Shown here: piece after piece, positions 27,630 through 41,129 of the stretch
Layout of the letters: every line of letters begins with the position of its first letter
Position numbering within the stretch: the stretch's first letter is position 1
Assembly: GCF_009914755.1 (NCBI RefSeq)
Contig: NC_060926.1
Length of the DNA: 64,000 nt
Strand: one strand, 5' to 3'
Origin: the human T2T-CHM13v2.0 reference genome, Homo sapiens
The notes under the pieces: generated by a model
Seen by the model: the letters and a program-made list of their open reading frames with translations, nothing else
What the model was told of the DNA's origin: nothing
Database searches by the model: none
Translations under genes and position numbers: made by a program

Positions 27630-28250
27630 CCTGTTGTCTCCTTCTTATTACTTGAGAAATTGTATAAAATAATGAACACCCATTTCCTCACCACCAGCTT
27701 TAGCAAGTTTGAATATGTTGTCCGTTGGCTTCAGATTTTTAAGCAATCTGAGGATCTCGCATACCCCTCCTTGAGGGCATCCGTGTCCCTCATCCAGAGA
27801 TAGGAACATTTGTGTCAAGTATCAATAAACAATTGTTCTGCATCTATTCCCATCCTCAAAACATAAAGTGCTAATTTGTAGAGTTTTAAAATGTTACTCT
27901 AAATAATATTTAGTAACATGATACTCTAAATATGATTGTGCAATTTGCTTTTGACACAGAATTGAATATTTTTGGAATTTAAATATATTTATAAATGTAT
28001 TAGGCTGAAATCCTTGAAACTGCTGTTATTGTAGGTTTGAAGCAGTTGAGCATTAGGATTTGTACATCACTCAATTGCACAGCTCTAGTAAATCATTTTT
28101 AACTTTAATTTTATATTGCATGAATCTATCACAATTTATTAATGCCTTTTACTGCTGGTAGTCATTTAGGGTATATCTAGTTATCCCCCATTATGTTCCC
28201 ACAATAATTATTATACATGTCAACTTGGGAACACTGTATTGAAATATTCT
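27630..28250 (-). mobile_element. Ancient L1ME-like fragment
   Basis: AT-rich, with tattgcatgaatctatcacaatttatt...gtcatttaggg resembling an L1M 3' end in reverse. Confidence 0.55.
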
Positions 28251-28254
28251 AGAA

Positions 28255-28452
28255 CTGTGCTGTCAAATGCAGTATCACTAGCCTTATATGGCTATTTAAA
28301 TGGATTAAAATTAAACTTAAATACAATTAAAAATTTAGATCCTCAGTGAGAGGATTAGCTGCATTTAAAGTACTGAATACACACGTGACTAGTGGCTGCT
28401 GAGTTAGCACAGAATGTCCTCACGTTGCAGAAGGTATTATTGAACAGCGCTT
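28255..28452. mobile_element. MER3-like hAT-Charlie DNA transposon
   Basis: Terminal inverted repeats ctgtgctgtc / gaacagcgc; internal tggctattta...cacgtgactagtggct. Confidence 0.75.
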
Positions 28453-28689
28453 TTCAAAGAAGGAACTTGTTTTTCTTGATGCTCTCATTCCATCAGTTTT
28501 TGATCTTATGTTTTTTATTTTTTTCACTTTTTCTATAAGTTAGCTGTGTTGCTTTGTTTCTTGAATTAGATGCTTAGTTCATTAATTAGCAGTGTTTTTT
28601 TCATTGCTAATGTAGGTATTTGAGACATTTTCTTTCTAGGTACTATTCAGCCAGTGTTTCTACACAGTGCTTTCATTGTCATTCATTAC

Positions 28690-28986
28690 TGTACTCATTC
28701 AACAACTATCAGTCAGGTGCCTGCTCTGGGCTCCAGTCCTGCTCTGGATGCCGGCACACAGCAGTGAATGAGGCATCCACATTCATGCCCCCGTCTGCTG
28801 TTGGAAGACACACATCATGAAGAAGCAGCGCTGCAGAGCCAGGGTACAGTGGGGCTGCAGTGGGGCTCAGGGGTTCGGGGCATTTGGAGAGTGAGAGTGG
28901 GAGGGAGCCACACGGAGCAGAGGTGCATCCTGCAGGGCAGAGGACACAGCTGGGGCAAAGGCCATGAGGCAAGACTGGGAACAGCA
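28690..28986 (-). mobile_element. L2 3' fragment ending at the satellite array
   Basis: tcattcaacaactatcagtcaggtgcctgctctgg...gcagtgaatgaggca. Confidence 0.65.
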
Positions 28987-30002
28987 CCCAGGGATATGTT
29001 ACAATCTTCCCCATGGGCAAGGTGCAGGCAGAACAGGAGAGTCACATCATCTAGGTGATGATGGATGCAGAGATCTGTCACAAGGCTCTCTGTGAGCAGG
29101 GCCCAGGCAGGAGCCTTCCATCACCCAGGTGTTGGGCCCAGCATTATGTCACAATACCCACAGTATGTGGGGCCAAGACAAAAGAGGAGTCCCATCACCT
29201 AGGTGATGAATCCAGTGACATGTCACGATCCCCCCTTTTGGCTGGGGCCAGGCACGAGAGGAGAGTCACATCTCCTAGGTGATGGATGCAGAGATATGTC
29301 ACAAAGCTCCCTCTGGGTAGGGTTCAAGCAGTAGGCTCCCATCACCCAGGTCACAATACCCAAAATATGTGGGCCCAGGCAAAAGAGGAGAGTCCCATCA
29401 CCTAGGTGTTGGGTCCAGTGATATGTCACAATCCCCCCTTTTGGCTGGAGCCAGGCAGGAGAGGAGAGTCACATCACCTAGGTGCTCGGCCCAGTGATAC
29501 ATCACAATTTCTCCTTGGGCAGAGCCAAGCAGTAGAAAAGAGTCACATCACCTAGGTGTTGGGTCCAGCAATATGTCACTATACACCCTGAGGGGTGGGC
29601 CCAGGCAAGAGACTCACATCACCTAGGTGAGGGGTCCAGAGATATGTCATGAGGCCCCCTTGTGGGCAGGGCTCAGGAAGGAGAGGTAAGTCACATAACC
29701 TAGGGGCTAGGTCCAGTTATATGTCACAATTACCCCAGTGGGCTGGCCCCAGGCACGAGAGGAGAGTCACATCACAGTGGTGCTGGGCCCAGCAATATGT
29801 CACAATCCCCACTGTGGACAGGTTCCAGGAGAAAGAGGAGAGTCCCATCACCTTGGTGCTGGGCCCAGCAATATGTCACAGCACCTTCTCAGGGCAAGGC
29901 CAAGGCAAATGTGTAACTTCGACTTGGTGTTGGGGCCAGCAATAGGTCACAATCTCCCCTGTGGGCAGAACCTAGGAAGAAGAGAAAAGTCACATGAGCT
30001 AG
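28987..30002 (+). repeat. Beta-satellite (BSR/Sau3A family)-like tandem array, ~14 diverged monomers of ~72-78 bp
   Basis: Recurrent gagtcacatcacctaggtg...cagagatatgtcacaa...ggcag, matching the beta-satellite consensus blocks CAGAGATATGTCACAA and GAGTTACATCACCTGGGTG. Confidence 0.9.
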
Positions 30003-31599
30003 ATTTATTAAGGTTTCTATAAGTATAACTTCTACTGGTTCAGGAGATTTAGTTATAAATCTCCTTTTCATTTTTTGGTGGTTACACTTAAGCTTTGAGG
30101 ATATGTTCTTTATTTCAAAATGTCTAAAGTTGATCCATAATTTCCACTTTTGGTCAACAAGTGTAAGAACTTTGATACAGTTTCTTGAAACTCGAATTAC
30201 TCACTCTCCTCATTTTGCATGTTTCTTCCTACCTGATGTTTCAGTTCACCTTGTTTCTATATTTAATTCTTTCTTGCTTGATATACTCTATCCTGACAAC
30301 TTTCTTTTTCTCTGTTTTCATGTTTGTCTTAATTATTTCTTCAGGATTAAGTTTATTTCACCATGAAGCATATATTTTGTTAGTTCTTTCAGTCTTTGAG
30401 TGGTTAACTTAGCCTTTGCTCAGAAACATCTTTATTTGAATAACCTTCAGTTCTCATGCTCACCTTGTAGGTTGTCTTCTGGGTTCTGTTATTATAAAGA
30501 GAAGTCTCCTTGTCCTTCCTGTGCAGATACTCTGGCTAGTTTTCTCTTGTGGGTTGCAGTTTCTTCAGTGGTTCTTGGTCTGGATTTATTTTCATTCATT
30601 CTGCTTGGTGCTCATTATAATTCCCACATGTGCAGAGAACAGGACCAGGAGTGAGTTGCCTAAAGAGAGGCTATTGTGATTGAAAACCAAGTTCTGAGAT
30701 CAGCTCCACGCATCACAACCTAATTGCATTTATTCCTGTCCTATTTAATAAACTACTATCTCTGGAAATTAAGATTAAGGCCATAATTTGTTTTTAGCTA
30801 CAAAGAGAAAGCTGGCCTGCGAGGTGGGAAGACAGGAAAAAATCTAAAGAGCTGTTGGCTTGGGGGCATCAAGGAGCCTGGGAGATAGGCCATAGTCCTG
30901 GGTTGTTTTCCCAGCCACACACACATGCCAAGACCCTCGAACAAAGACTAGCTGGTCATCAGCTCCTCATAGATGGGGCAACCTCCACACTGATTTGGTG
31001 AGCAAGAGCTAAGAGGAGAACCTGTGCTCAGTCAATAAGGAATGCCCTTACCATCAGATGCGTGCTTGCTTGAAAAGAAAATTGAGATAAGTTCATAGTC
31101 AAGCTTTATCGAGACATACCATTGACTTCTTTTGCTTCAGAACATGAGCCCTCTCTGTCACTGACTGGCAGGCACTGCCCGTATTTCTGATCCTGACTCC
31201 TTTAGGAAGCCTAAATGTGCTTGATCTGAAGTGCTATTCCCCTCATTGACTGAGATAGGACCTGCTCTATCTCATCAGGAAACCCGGACTGCATTTTACA
31301 GCTTGATGGTGTCAGCATGTCTCAGCAATAAGTACATTACAATCAATAAATATATTAATCTAAAAATCCCATTTGTTCAGATATTGTTAGTGGAAAATAA
31401 GGTTTGCCCAAATTGTAGGAACATCTGAATTATTTTGTTTTTACTGGAGGCTGAAGGAAATTAACCAAATTACCTAAGATCCCCAGCTAGCAATGTTTCA
31501 GTCCAGTTTTCACTTTCTCTCTTCTAATATCCCTCTTCCTGCTCATCTCTCTGGGAAAAGTAAGAAATATTGAGACAAAAGGTGAAAGAAATTTTATTA

Positions 31600-32050
31600 A
31601 TATTAGAATGTGTTCAGCTGCAAGAAACAGAAAATTCACTGTCTTCAATCTTAAGGATATCAATCAGTCACTTAATAGTAAGTTGTGCAATGGGCCGTTT
31701 AAGGGTTTATTCAATAAGTTCATCAAGGACTCAGTCTCTTGCACTATGTTAGATTTTTATCCTCACATAATTTTTCCAATCTAAATATATCTGCAGCAAT
31801 TCCAGGCTGCATATTCATCCTAGACTCCCAGACATGCAGGATGTAAATGGGGATAAAAGTTCTCTTCTTTTATTGGAAAATATAAACTTTCCCAGAAGCC
31901 TCAGAGTAGATGTCTTCTTATATCATTGGCCAATATCAGTCACATGGCCAGCCCTAGCTGCAAGGGATGCTGAGAGTGAAAACTTCCAGCAAAATTTCTC
32001 AGTCCAGACACATTGCTGCTCCAATACAAAATTAGGTTTCTATCAACAAA
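31600..32050 (-). mobile_element. Old MLT1-type LTR
   Basis: ttcagctgcaagaaacagaaaa...tcattggcca...gtcacatggccagccctagctgcaagggatgctgaga. Confidence 0.6.
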
Positions 32051-33059
32051 AATGTGAAGGAAAAACTTTTAAAGGAACTCACACATTTCCTCTGGAAATT
32101 GAGCACTCATGAGTTGCCGCTCAGAGCCATGTCTTGAGCATGAGTTGAGTCCCCCCAGCAGTGGCTCAGGGTGCTGACCTCCCTGCATAATCATGGGCCC
32201 TACACCACTTTCCCTACAAATGCCTTCTCACCACCCTCTGCAGTTTCCTAATCTTGGTCATCAGTGCCTGGCCCTCAGAAGGCTGTCACTCATTCAACAG
32301 CATTGGCAGAGAGGCCGATGTGCACAAGGCCCTCTGGTGGGTGCTTGAGGACTGGTATCAAATCACCTGTAAGTGAAAGTAAGGAATATGACAAGTAAAC
32401 AGGTGTGGGTACTTCAGAGGAGTATCATAAAGCTATGAGTACTTCAAAGGAGGAAGGACCCCTATCCAAAAACAAACATTCTATTTACTCCCTTCCAAAA
32501 ACAAAAATATTCTACTAAGTCCCACATCTCCATCCAGCTACTACCTACTACCTTTCTCGCCTTCCTTCTTTTTGCCTTACGGCAAATTTCTTCACCTCGA
32601 GTTTGTAATTTACTCTGTATTCTTTTTCTGCCTTCACTTACAGAAACTGCTGTTCTCAATGTCACCAATCACATGGACATCACAAATCACTTGCAAAGTC
32701 AACAGACTCTTGTCTGCCCGCACAGTCTTCAGAAAATGTGTCCAGGTGAATTCAAAGCAAGGCATTCTAATTAGAACAATGTACAGAAGGAAAGAAGGTA
32801 TGAGAGTCTGAGGGGAGTTTGAGGAACAGAAAGTAGACAGGTATGTGTACAGTAATAAATGTAATAGATGATGTTTTAGAAAAGAGTAAACAGGGAATGC
32901 GTTCTGAATGCTTTTGAATACCCAGTTGGACATCTGGACTTCCTCCTACACTTATGAAACACCTCCAAAGAGTTTTACATGTGCTCTAAAAATTAAAGAC
33001 AAAGTTAATCCCTAAACACCCACCTCACCCTCCTCCCCACCCCTCCTGTACAAAAAAAC

Positions 33060-33870
33060 AAATAAGAGAGCAAAGGTAATTCAATGGAGAAAGGAGAGGT
33101 TTTTCAAAAAATGATACTGAAACAAATGGACATCACATACAAAAAAATACAACTAGACTAAGACTTCACTTTTTATAAAAATTAACTCAAAATGGGTAAT
33201 AAACCTAAATGTAAAATGTGCAACTATTAAACTCCTAGAAGATAACATAGATGAAAATTCTGGGTGGCCTGAGGTTTGACTTTTTGATACAGCAACGAAA
33301 GTGCAATCCATGAAAGAATAAATTGATAACTTGGACTTTAATAAACTTCTGACTTGTGAAATACATGGTTAAGAGAATGAAATGACAAACTAACAGACTG
33401 GGAGAAAATATTTTCAAAACACATATTTGATAAAGAACTGGTATTCAAAATATACAATCTACTCTTAAAAGTCAATAATAAGAAAACAAATGACCCAGTT
33501 ACAAAATGGGCAAGATATCTGAACAGATACCTCATCAAAAAGATATACAAATGCAATTAAGCACATGAAAATATGTTCAACATCAAATGTCATCAGGAAA
33601 ACTTCACATTAAAACAATAGCAGTAAAACTATTCTTTATATTATTGTAAATGACTTTATGCATTTGTCAAAACCTATAAAACTGTACAACGCAAAAAGTG
33701 AATCCTAATATAAGCTATAGATTTTAGTTAATAACAATATATCAATATCTGTTCATCAACTGTAGTAAATGCACCCAACTAATCCATAGTGTATGAGAGT
33801 TCTTTATACTTTCTGCTTGGTTTCTCTGTCAACCTAAAACCACTCTAAAAATAAAATAAATTAACTTTTA
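33060..33870 (+). mobile_element. L1MC-type fragments (ORF2 end and 3'UTR)
   Basis: aaaaattaactcaaaatgg, acagactgggagaaaatatt, tatgcatttgtcaaaacctataaaactgtacaac. Confidence 0.8.
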
Positions 33871-35152
33871 AAAATCACCAATAATAGCCCTCATTGTGTG
33901 ATTCTTGTTTTCTCACCCAAATGTTGATCTTCTCCAGATGCATTACTTCATTATCAGTTTCTGCACCTAAGTTTCATTAGTTAGAATATAATATCTTTTA
34001 AAAAGATACGTTGGTTTTGCTTTTCTTGCATCCCCCAAATACCTATTAAAAGTTCAGAGGTGGTAAATACATGGAGTTAAGACTTAAACCATAATTTAAC
34101 AACAGTGAAAATTTGAAATAAGATAATATTCTCCTTGGATACAAAGGCATTTTAGCTTTGTGCTAGATGAAACTTTTAAGTTATCCAGTCTCCAGTGAAC
34201 ATTTATTCCAGCTCATTGAAGTTGAATATTCAGAGGACTCACTGAATTAATTTGTGCAGGAATGGTATTTTTAAGGGAGGCCATTGTAAATTCTAAATCA
34301 CGAAGACTCTCTTGGCACCTCAGACAAGAATATGCTATATTGTGAATGTAGCATTTAATTCCTAAAAATGAGCAGAATGTCTTCGTCTTCTTATTTTTTG
34401 TGTGTGTATCAGCATGCTGTATGCAATTCTTTAGTAAACCACATTTAGAAATCAAATAGGAATCGCTAGGCCCGAAGGCACCTTCAGAGGTCATTTGGGT
34501 CACTTCCACATTTCCAGTGTTATTAAACTCCCTAAATTAAATCTCTCAGCTTATTAAATCTAGACTGTGCTAGTGCACAGGTTTCTATGTGCTCACAAAA
34601 CCTGTCTCTTTCATTCTGGGCACAGGCATAGACCACACTTTCCAGCCTTCCTTGTGGTTGGTGCAATCATGTGACTCAAGTCTAGGCAAAAGATTACAAA
34701 CAAAAGACATATGTTTTACTTGGCCCATCCAAAGCTCATACAGCTGATACTCCTCCTATTTCCTTAACTGCAAGAAGAAAGAAAAAGTCCTCTAAGGATC
34801 CAGGATTAATGTGACCACAGACTGAAAGGAGCTTAGACTTAAGGGGCCAAATTCCTGGAGAGAAAGGAAGTTCTTTGAAATGACTGATGTGCTGGGGCTT
34901 GTGCTGATAGAAGGATGAGAAGCCCAGGAGAAAGTCAAGTGAAAGAAGTGGTTTCACAGATCCCTTGGAGCCTTCTGAGAAGAGTAAAACAAAATTAAGA
35001 CAAGATTTGCCAAAAAGACCAAGGTCCCAGAGAGAAGGGAAATAAGCCTATTCTCAAGCTAGAACACAAGAGCAGAAAGTGGTAAAACCCACAGCTGAAG
35101 AAACAGAACATTATCCAGGGTCTCGTCAATGTTTGGTACATAGTGAGTGGCC

Positions 35153-35465
35153 TTTTTTGTTTGTTTGTTTGTTTGTTTTTGAGACAGAGTTTCACTCTGT
35201 CACCCAGGCTGGAATGCAGTGGCACAATCTCTGCTCACTGCAACCTCCACCTCCTGGGTTCAAGCGATTCTTGTGCCTCAGACTCTGGACTGAAGTAGCT
35301 GGGATTACAGGCACCCACCACCATACCCGGCTAATTTTGTATTTTTAGTAGAGATGGGGTTTCACCATGTTGGCCAGGCTGGTCTCGAACTGCTGTCCTC
35401 AAGTGATCTGCCCACCTCGGCCTCCCAAAGTGCTAAGATTACAGCATGAGCCATGGTGCCCAGCC
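35153..35465 (-). mobile_element. AluSx-like
   Basis: (TTTG)n tail; TSD tgagtggc(c/t)ttt. Confidence 0.93.
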
Positions 35466-35469
35466 ATGA

Positions 35470-36012
35470 GTGGCTTTTAATTTAATGTTATGAAGCATAA
35501 ACAACCAAATCAAGAGAAAAATCCAACAATGGAAATATAGCAATGAAAAATATACTAGTAAATATTTATTATTAATATGGTCAAGAAAATAAATGGCATG
35601 ATGGAGAAATCCACCAGAGGACTGGAATGTATTAATATCGAAAAGAATCAAATTGAATTTTTAAAACTGAAGGTAACAAAAATGAAATTAGGAACACAGC
35701 AGGTGAGCTTAATAACAGATTGGGCGACACTGAAGAGAGGATTAGGAGATTGGGAGACATCAAATGGAATAAGCTCTACTTACCTGTCTCTCTGAACACT
35801 AGTGAGAAAGAAAGATGAACGATACACATGAAACATGTCAAAACATAAGCAACCTAAGGACAATGATGAAAATATCTAACATTCATCTAATTCAATATCC
35901 AGGAGGAGAGGGCAGAAATAATGTATCAGACAAAATGTATTAGGAGTGGATGAGAATTTTCTAAAACAAATGAAAAACATGACAACAGATGTAAGAAGTA
36001 CTATGAATCTCA
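35470..36012 (+). mobile_element. Old L1M ORF1-region fragment
   Basis: KNQIEFLKLK-like remnant; tctaacattcatctaatt...ccaggaggagag. Confidence 0.6.
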
Positions 36013-36014
36013 AT

Positions 36015-36736
36015 GTGGTCGTTTCCTACCACCGCTGTCACGAATTACCACAAAATCAGTGGCTTAAAACAGCACACATCTATTATCTCATAGTTTGTAG
36101 GTCCCAAATCCAGGTGGGCTCACCTGGCCCCTCTGCTTAGAGTATCCCAGGGCTGAAATCAAGGTGTCCGCAAGACAGGCACTTACCTACAGACTCCAGA
36201 AAATAATCTGCTTCCAAGTTCATTAGGTTTTTGGCAGAATGCAGTTCCTTGCTGCTGTAGAAGTGAGGTTCCCTTTTGTTGGCTATCTGCTGGGATCCCC
36301 ATCAACACTTTCTGTTCACTTGATTCCCTGTTGTATTGTACACTTCATCTTCAAATGGCAGCAGCCTCTTAGTCTTCCTCACTCTTCAAGTCTCTCTGTG
36401 AACGTACAAGATACAATTTTCCTAAGCTTCCTGCCACTGTATTATAAGGATCCCATTTCTTCTGGTTTCCAATACCAAGTCACTCACTTCCCTCTGAGCC
36501 CTGGCTAGTAGTATCCTTCAAGTACAGATGTCTACTAACAGTCTGTTTACTGCAATTTAGGCTTTTTCTAAGGTGATTTCTAAGATTTTTCTAAAATTCT
36601 CCTTATTTTCCTCAACAGTGTCCCTATTTAATAGTCTGTTCAAAGGCACCTAGGAGTTTTCTAGCATGCTTTCCAAAATTCTTCCAGCCTCCACTCACTG
36701 CCCAATTCCAAAGCCATTTCCATCATTTTCAGGCAT
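36015..36736 (-). mobile_element. MLT1D/E-like LTR plus MaLR internal fragment
   Basis: aattaccacaaaatcagtggcttaaaacagcac, ggctgaaatcaaggtgtc, ttggcagaatgcagttccttgc; internal caaaattcttccagcctc...ttccaaagcc. Confidence 0.72.
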
Positions 36737-37298
36737 AGAGAAGTAGAGGGAATGCCAAGTACTGGAAATAGCAAGGGCAGCGAACTAGGATGGCTTTGAA
36801 AAATTCTGGGAATAGACAATAATCTGATATTGCTTAATAAAGTGCTTATTAGGAAGTAAAGGTGGGCTGGGAAAGACCTCTTAGAGAACCTTGAAAGCCA
36901 TTGTAAGGTATTTGCAGTCTCTTCTGTAGACAACAAAGAGGCATCAAAGTCTTATTAAGACTAATGAGAAAGAAATTTTGCACAGATCAAGACAAACAAA
37001 GAGAGTTACTTGAGGCAATCTTAATGAAAAACATTAAATTCCTAAAGTCTAATAGGATAAGAGGTAGGGTGATGCAGTAGAAAAAAGGACAAAGCCTGGG
37101 TTTAAGACCTCTCCCAGCAGCTATACGCTCAGTGAATTGAGGCAAGTTCCTTAATGTTTGAGTCTCATTGTATTTATCTGTCTGCAACAGGGCATCTCTG
37201 AACTGGGGACTCTGATTGGCCCAGAAGGAATCAACTACTATGTCTGTGTGCATAAGAACAGAGATAGGCAAAGTTGACTGTAAGAAATGGAACATCCG

Positions 37299-37628
<330 letters not shown>

Positions 37629-37743
37629 AAGAAATGGAACATCCTTGAGGCAAGCAAAATCTAAAGAATAACTGCTTAGGGTAGAATATTGGTTAAATCC
37701 TGAGTCAACGTCTTGACTTAAAAGTGAAAGGTGCAATGGCAAG

Positions 37744-38205
37744 TGTGTAGCACATCATGGGTGCACCACCCAAATCCTCTCAGCCCTTCTCACTCCAGCC
37801 ACTACTTCAGTGACCGGGGCTGAGCAGCCTTGTGGCAACTTCAGACAGATGCTACCTGACTCTTGCTTCCTGCCATGGGATGAGCTGATGCCATGGCCTG
37901 CAGCATCTGTGCTCCTCAGCCTCAGTCCTTGCACAACCCAGAGATGCCAGAGAGTGAACGCCTTGGGCTACCTTTCACCAAGCGGGGTTAGGGGCTGAGA
38001 AAGAGCTCCTAAGGCTCCTCAGAAATGTTCTGCCCTAGTGATGGCAAATCCCATACTCATCCTTGTCTTGCCTTTCCCCTCATCCGCAAGCTCTCCTCCT
38101 ACACCTGTAGTCCCCATTCTTGATCTCAATGATCACATCCCAAATAATCTACTTGCATGCAAGCCTCTGTTTCAGGTCCCTGCCTTCATGGGAACCCATG
38201 CTGTG
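37744..38205 (+). mobile_element. LTR16-like ERVL LTR
   Basis: 3' end gatcacatcccaaataatctacttgca...ctctgtttcagg...gggaaccc resembles the LTR16 family. Confidence 0.6.
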
Positions 38206-41129
38206 GAAAACACTAGGTAAAAATAAATTATCTACAGAAAGTCAGGGTCAGTCAGCAGAGGGCTGTGAATGTCAAGGAGCCACAAAAGCAGAGTTGGGCA
38301 AGCAAACAAATGCAGCAGATCTGCATGCCAGGGCGGTCCAGGGGAAATCCCAATATTCCAAATACAGTAAGAGACCCTAGGCATCTTGGCTGGGCACCAC
38401 AGATAACGTGCGGTTTCTTTACTGAACTTGCCCATTCAAATCCCATCTGGCCAAGCAGTTTCTCATCACTGTTTTGCACTGTATGGTCTATGGCAGAGAA
38501 AGCACTGGTCATAGCCCCTATTTGTATTTGGTGCCCACAGTGAATGCCCCATTCACAGATTTTGAAGCTGCAGGCTGATCACCAGGATCTGGATGGTCAA
38601 GGCCACAGGCCTGGAGGCAGCAGGCCTTCTCTGCGCCTTGCCAAGCTGGACTTTCTCACACTTGCTGCACGACCTGCTTCTCAGGATAGGTGTGAAGGTT
38701 GAGGAGTGAGAGAGGGCATGCCAATGGCCAAGCACAGTCCCTCGCACATAGTAGGTGCTCTGGAAAGGCAGTTACACTGATAGTAGACTGCAGGCAACAA
38801 TCAGAGGTCATGGGTTCACGTGGGAGGGCCCCCAATCTTTCTGGGGAGTCCTGCAGCCTCATCCAATAGACATTTGTCCTCTTAGTCCAACAAGCTATCT
38901 GCCCTGGGTGTCAGCACTGAATTTTCTCTGACATTTTCCCTTTTCTTTTCTTCCTATAAATGAGAAATGAAGTATAAAAAGTTGTGCACAGCCTCCTGCC
39001 TGCATCACGGCTCTTAGGAGAGATGTTGGCATTTAAATGCCAGACAATCTGGTGAAGTCAGGATGAGGCCAGCCTCAGGCTTGTCTTGGGGTCAGGGGTA
39101 AGGGGCAGGGGTCCCCTCTGGTTTCTGATTTAATAAGAGGATTGCTTCCAGCCAAATGCAGGGCCAGCAAGGTCAGCACTGAACACACGCAGCTCCACTG
39201 AGAAATAAAGGGGCCAGATGGTTATTACACTGTGTGTGTTTCTTATAAAAGGCAAAAAAAAAAAAAATTCTAGAGTGACTGCAGCAGAGGCTGTTCATCA
39301 GCAGAGGCACAGTTCAGGCAGGCCTGTGGCTTGGTGCTGCTCCCCGGGGGAGGTGTACTTGTGAGGAGTTTCAACACGCCTGCAGATCCCATGAAGATTT
39401 GGCTGTGGGCAGAAGCCACAGGGATGGAGAGAGGCACAGCCACTTTGTGAAAATGGAAAACACGCCTCCCTCATCTTAGCTTTCTTAGTTTCCCATTTTG
39501 ATGCTCCAGAAAGCTTCTTAAATTACAGCTGATGACCACTGTAGCAGCTGACAGCCGTCACCACTACAGCCGTGTGAGTCCGACCTCATTCTGCCCCTCA
39601 CACGGTATAAACATGAGCAACTCCATTGATCACACTAACTTTAGTTTGCTCTATTGCAAGTATGGACTAGAAACATGTGACTCACCCTCTAATAACAAGG
39701 TAATATCAGATAATGTACCTAAGCCCCTGGTGCACATCAGGCACTCCAGAAACACTGAGTGCCCCTCCTTCATTCCTGGAGTCAAATACAAGGGCATTGA
39801 GCAGCCCTGAAGGAAGCCTCATCATCCCTTCTGGAGGAGGTGGATGAATGAGGAGCCCCAAGGAGTCACGCTGTTCAGCCCACTCAAACAAGGCTTGCGC
39901 CTGCTCCATCTCAGAGTTCGCTGTGGAGCGCCCAGCACCAGGAGCTCTCTGTGCTGATGTGGCCCTCTTAAGGATGGTGGTGGCATTGTCACTGCTCTCC
40001 CATGTTAATTAACTGGGTTGTTATTCCAAAGTGTTAATGGCCAGAACTGTAATTCAATCAAGTAAATAACATTTCAAGCAGTTAATAAAAGAAATGGAAT
40101 TTGTAACCACCCATAAATGTGATTTTGTAGACGTAGGCCATGTCTAAGCAGTCAGTGGTCTGTCCTTGCCACACAAATGTCAGACAACCAGGATCACAAA
40201 TACTGCGTGGGAATCTGTTGAGAATTTTTCTCTCCATAGGTTTTTAAAGCAAACTGTGTTCCTTTTTGCCTCTTCCCCCCTCATTAACTTTCAAAATGTG
40301 TTTTTCTTAAGGTTCCACCTTGGGGAAATAGCCATTCTCGCCCACTGATGCTGCTTGTGAATTCAGTTTTATGAGGAGCTGAGATTCCAAACACCACCTG
40401 ACTTGTTATCGTTCTTTTTAATGCCCCCAGCTTTTTGGTTATAATCTATTTTCCATAACCATAGTTAATACCATGCTGTGTCCCTGCAGGGTTTTCAGCA
40501 TGCATGGGAGAACATTACCTTAGGAGAGTTGCCACTTCCTCCAGTGGAGTTTCAGAGTCTGGTGGACACCTTCCTTCAGCCCCTCATTACGCCATCTCTG
40601 AGCCCCACCTCTTCCAGCTCTGAGCTGGGTCCTGAGGACTCACAGATGGACTGGATGCTGCCTCTGATCTCAGAAGATCCGCGTCCACTCTCACACCATT
40701 GGACCTGGCTATGTGCATGTCCCTGCTATGACTACCTCTCCCCTGGTGGCACGGCTGAGTGTGAGGTCACCTGCCAGAGAAGAGATAGCTGCTCCAGCCC
40801 CAGGGCCCCTTCCTTGCCCAGGGCCTGTGCTAGAGGGTCTGACAGAAGCTGCTTCATCTATGCCAGCCTTCCATCTGTACAGGGCTGATGGGCCGACTTG
40901 GTTTTGATTTCTCTCTTAGTGCCTTCTACTTCCAAGTGACCATGTTGCATGCATTTTAGCAAATGAAGGGGCAATACGAGTGTGGAGTGACAGAAGCAGG
41001 GACTCAGAGGGGGGGCGGGGACAGCACCAGGTGTGTAGATAGCACCTGTCAGGAACGTGAGGTGCCTGCCTGGGCTCTGTAGGACTTCGGGCTTATCATG
41101 CTGCTCCTGCTCCATTCCATTAATGCTTC

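Noticed and set aside
28987-30002. Regularly spaced conserved motifs with variable intervening sequence, superficially CRISPR-like
   Set aside because: The intervening segments are homologous to one another, the blocks match beta-satellite, the context is primate and there are no cas genes.
39027-39042. 16-bp perfect palindrome tggcatttaaatgcca
   Set aside because: About one such palindrome is expected by chance in 64 kb.
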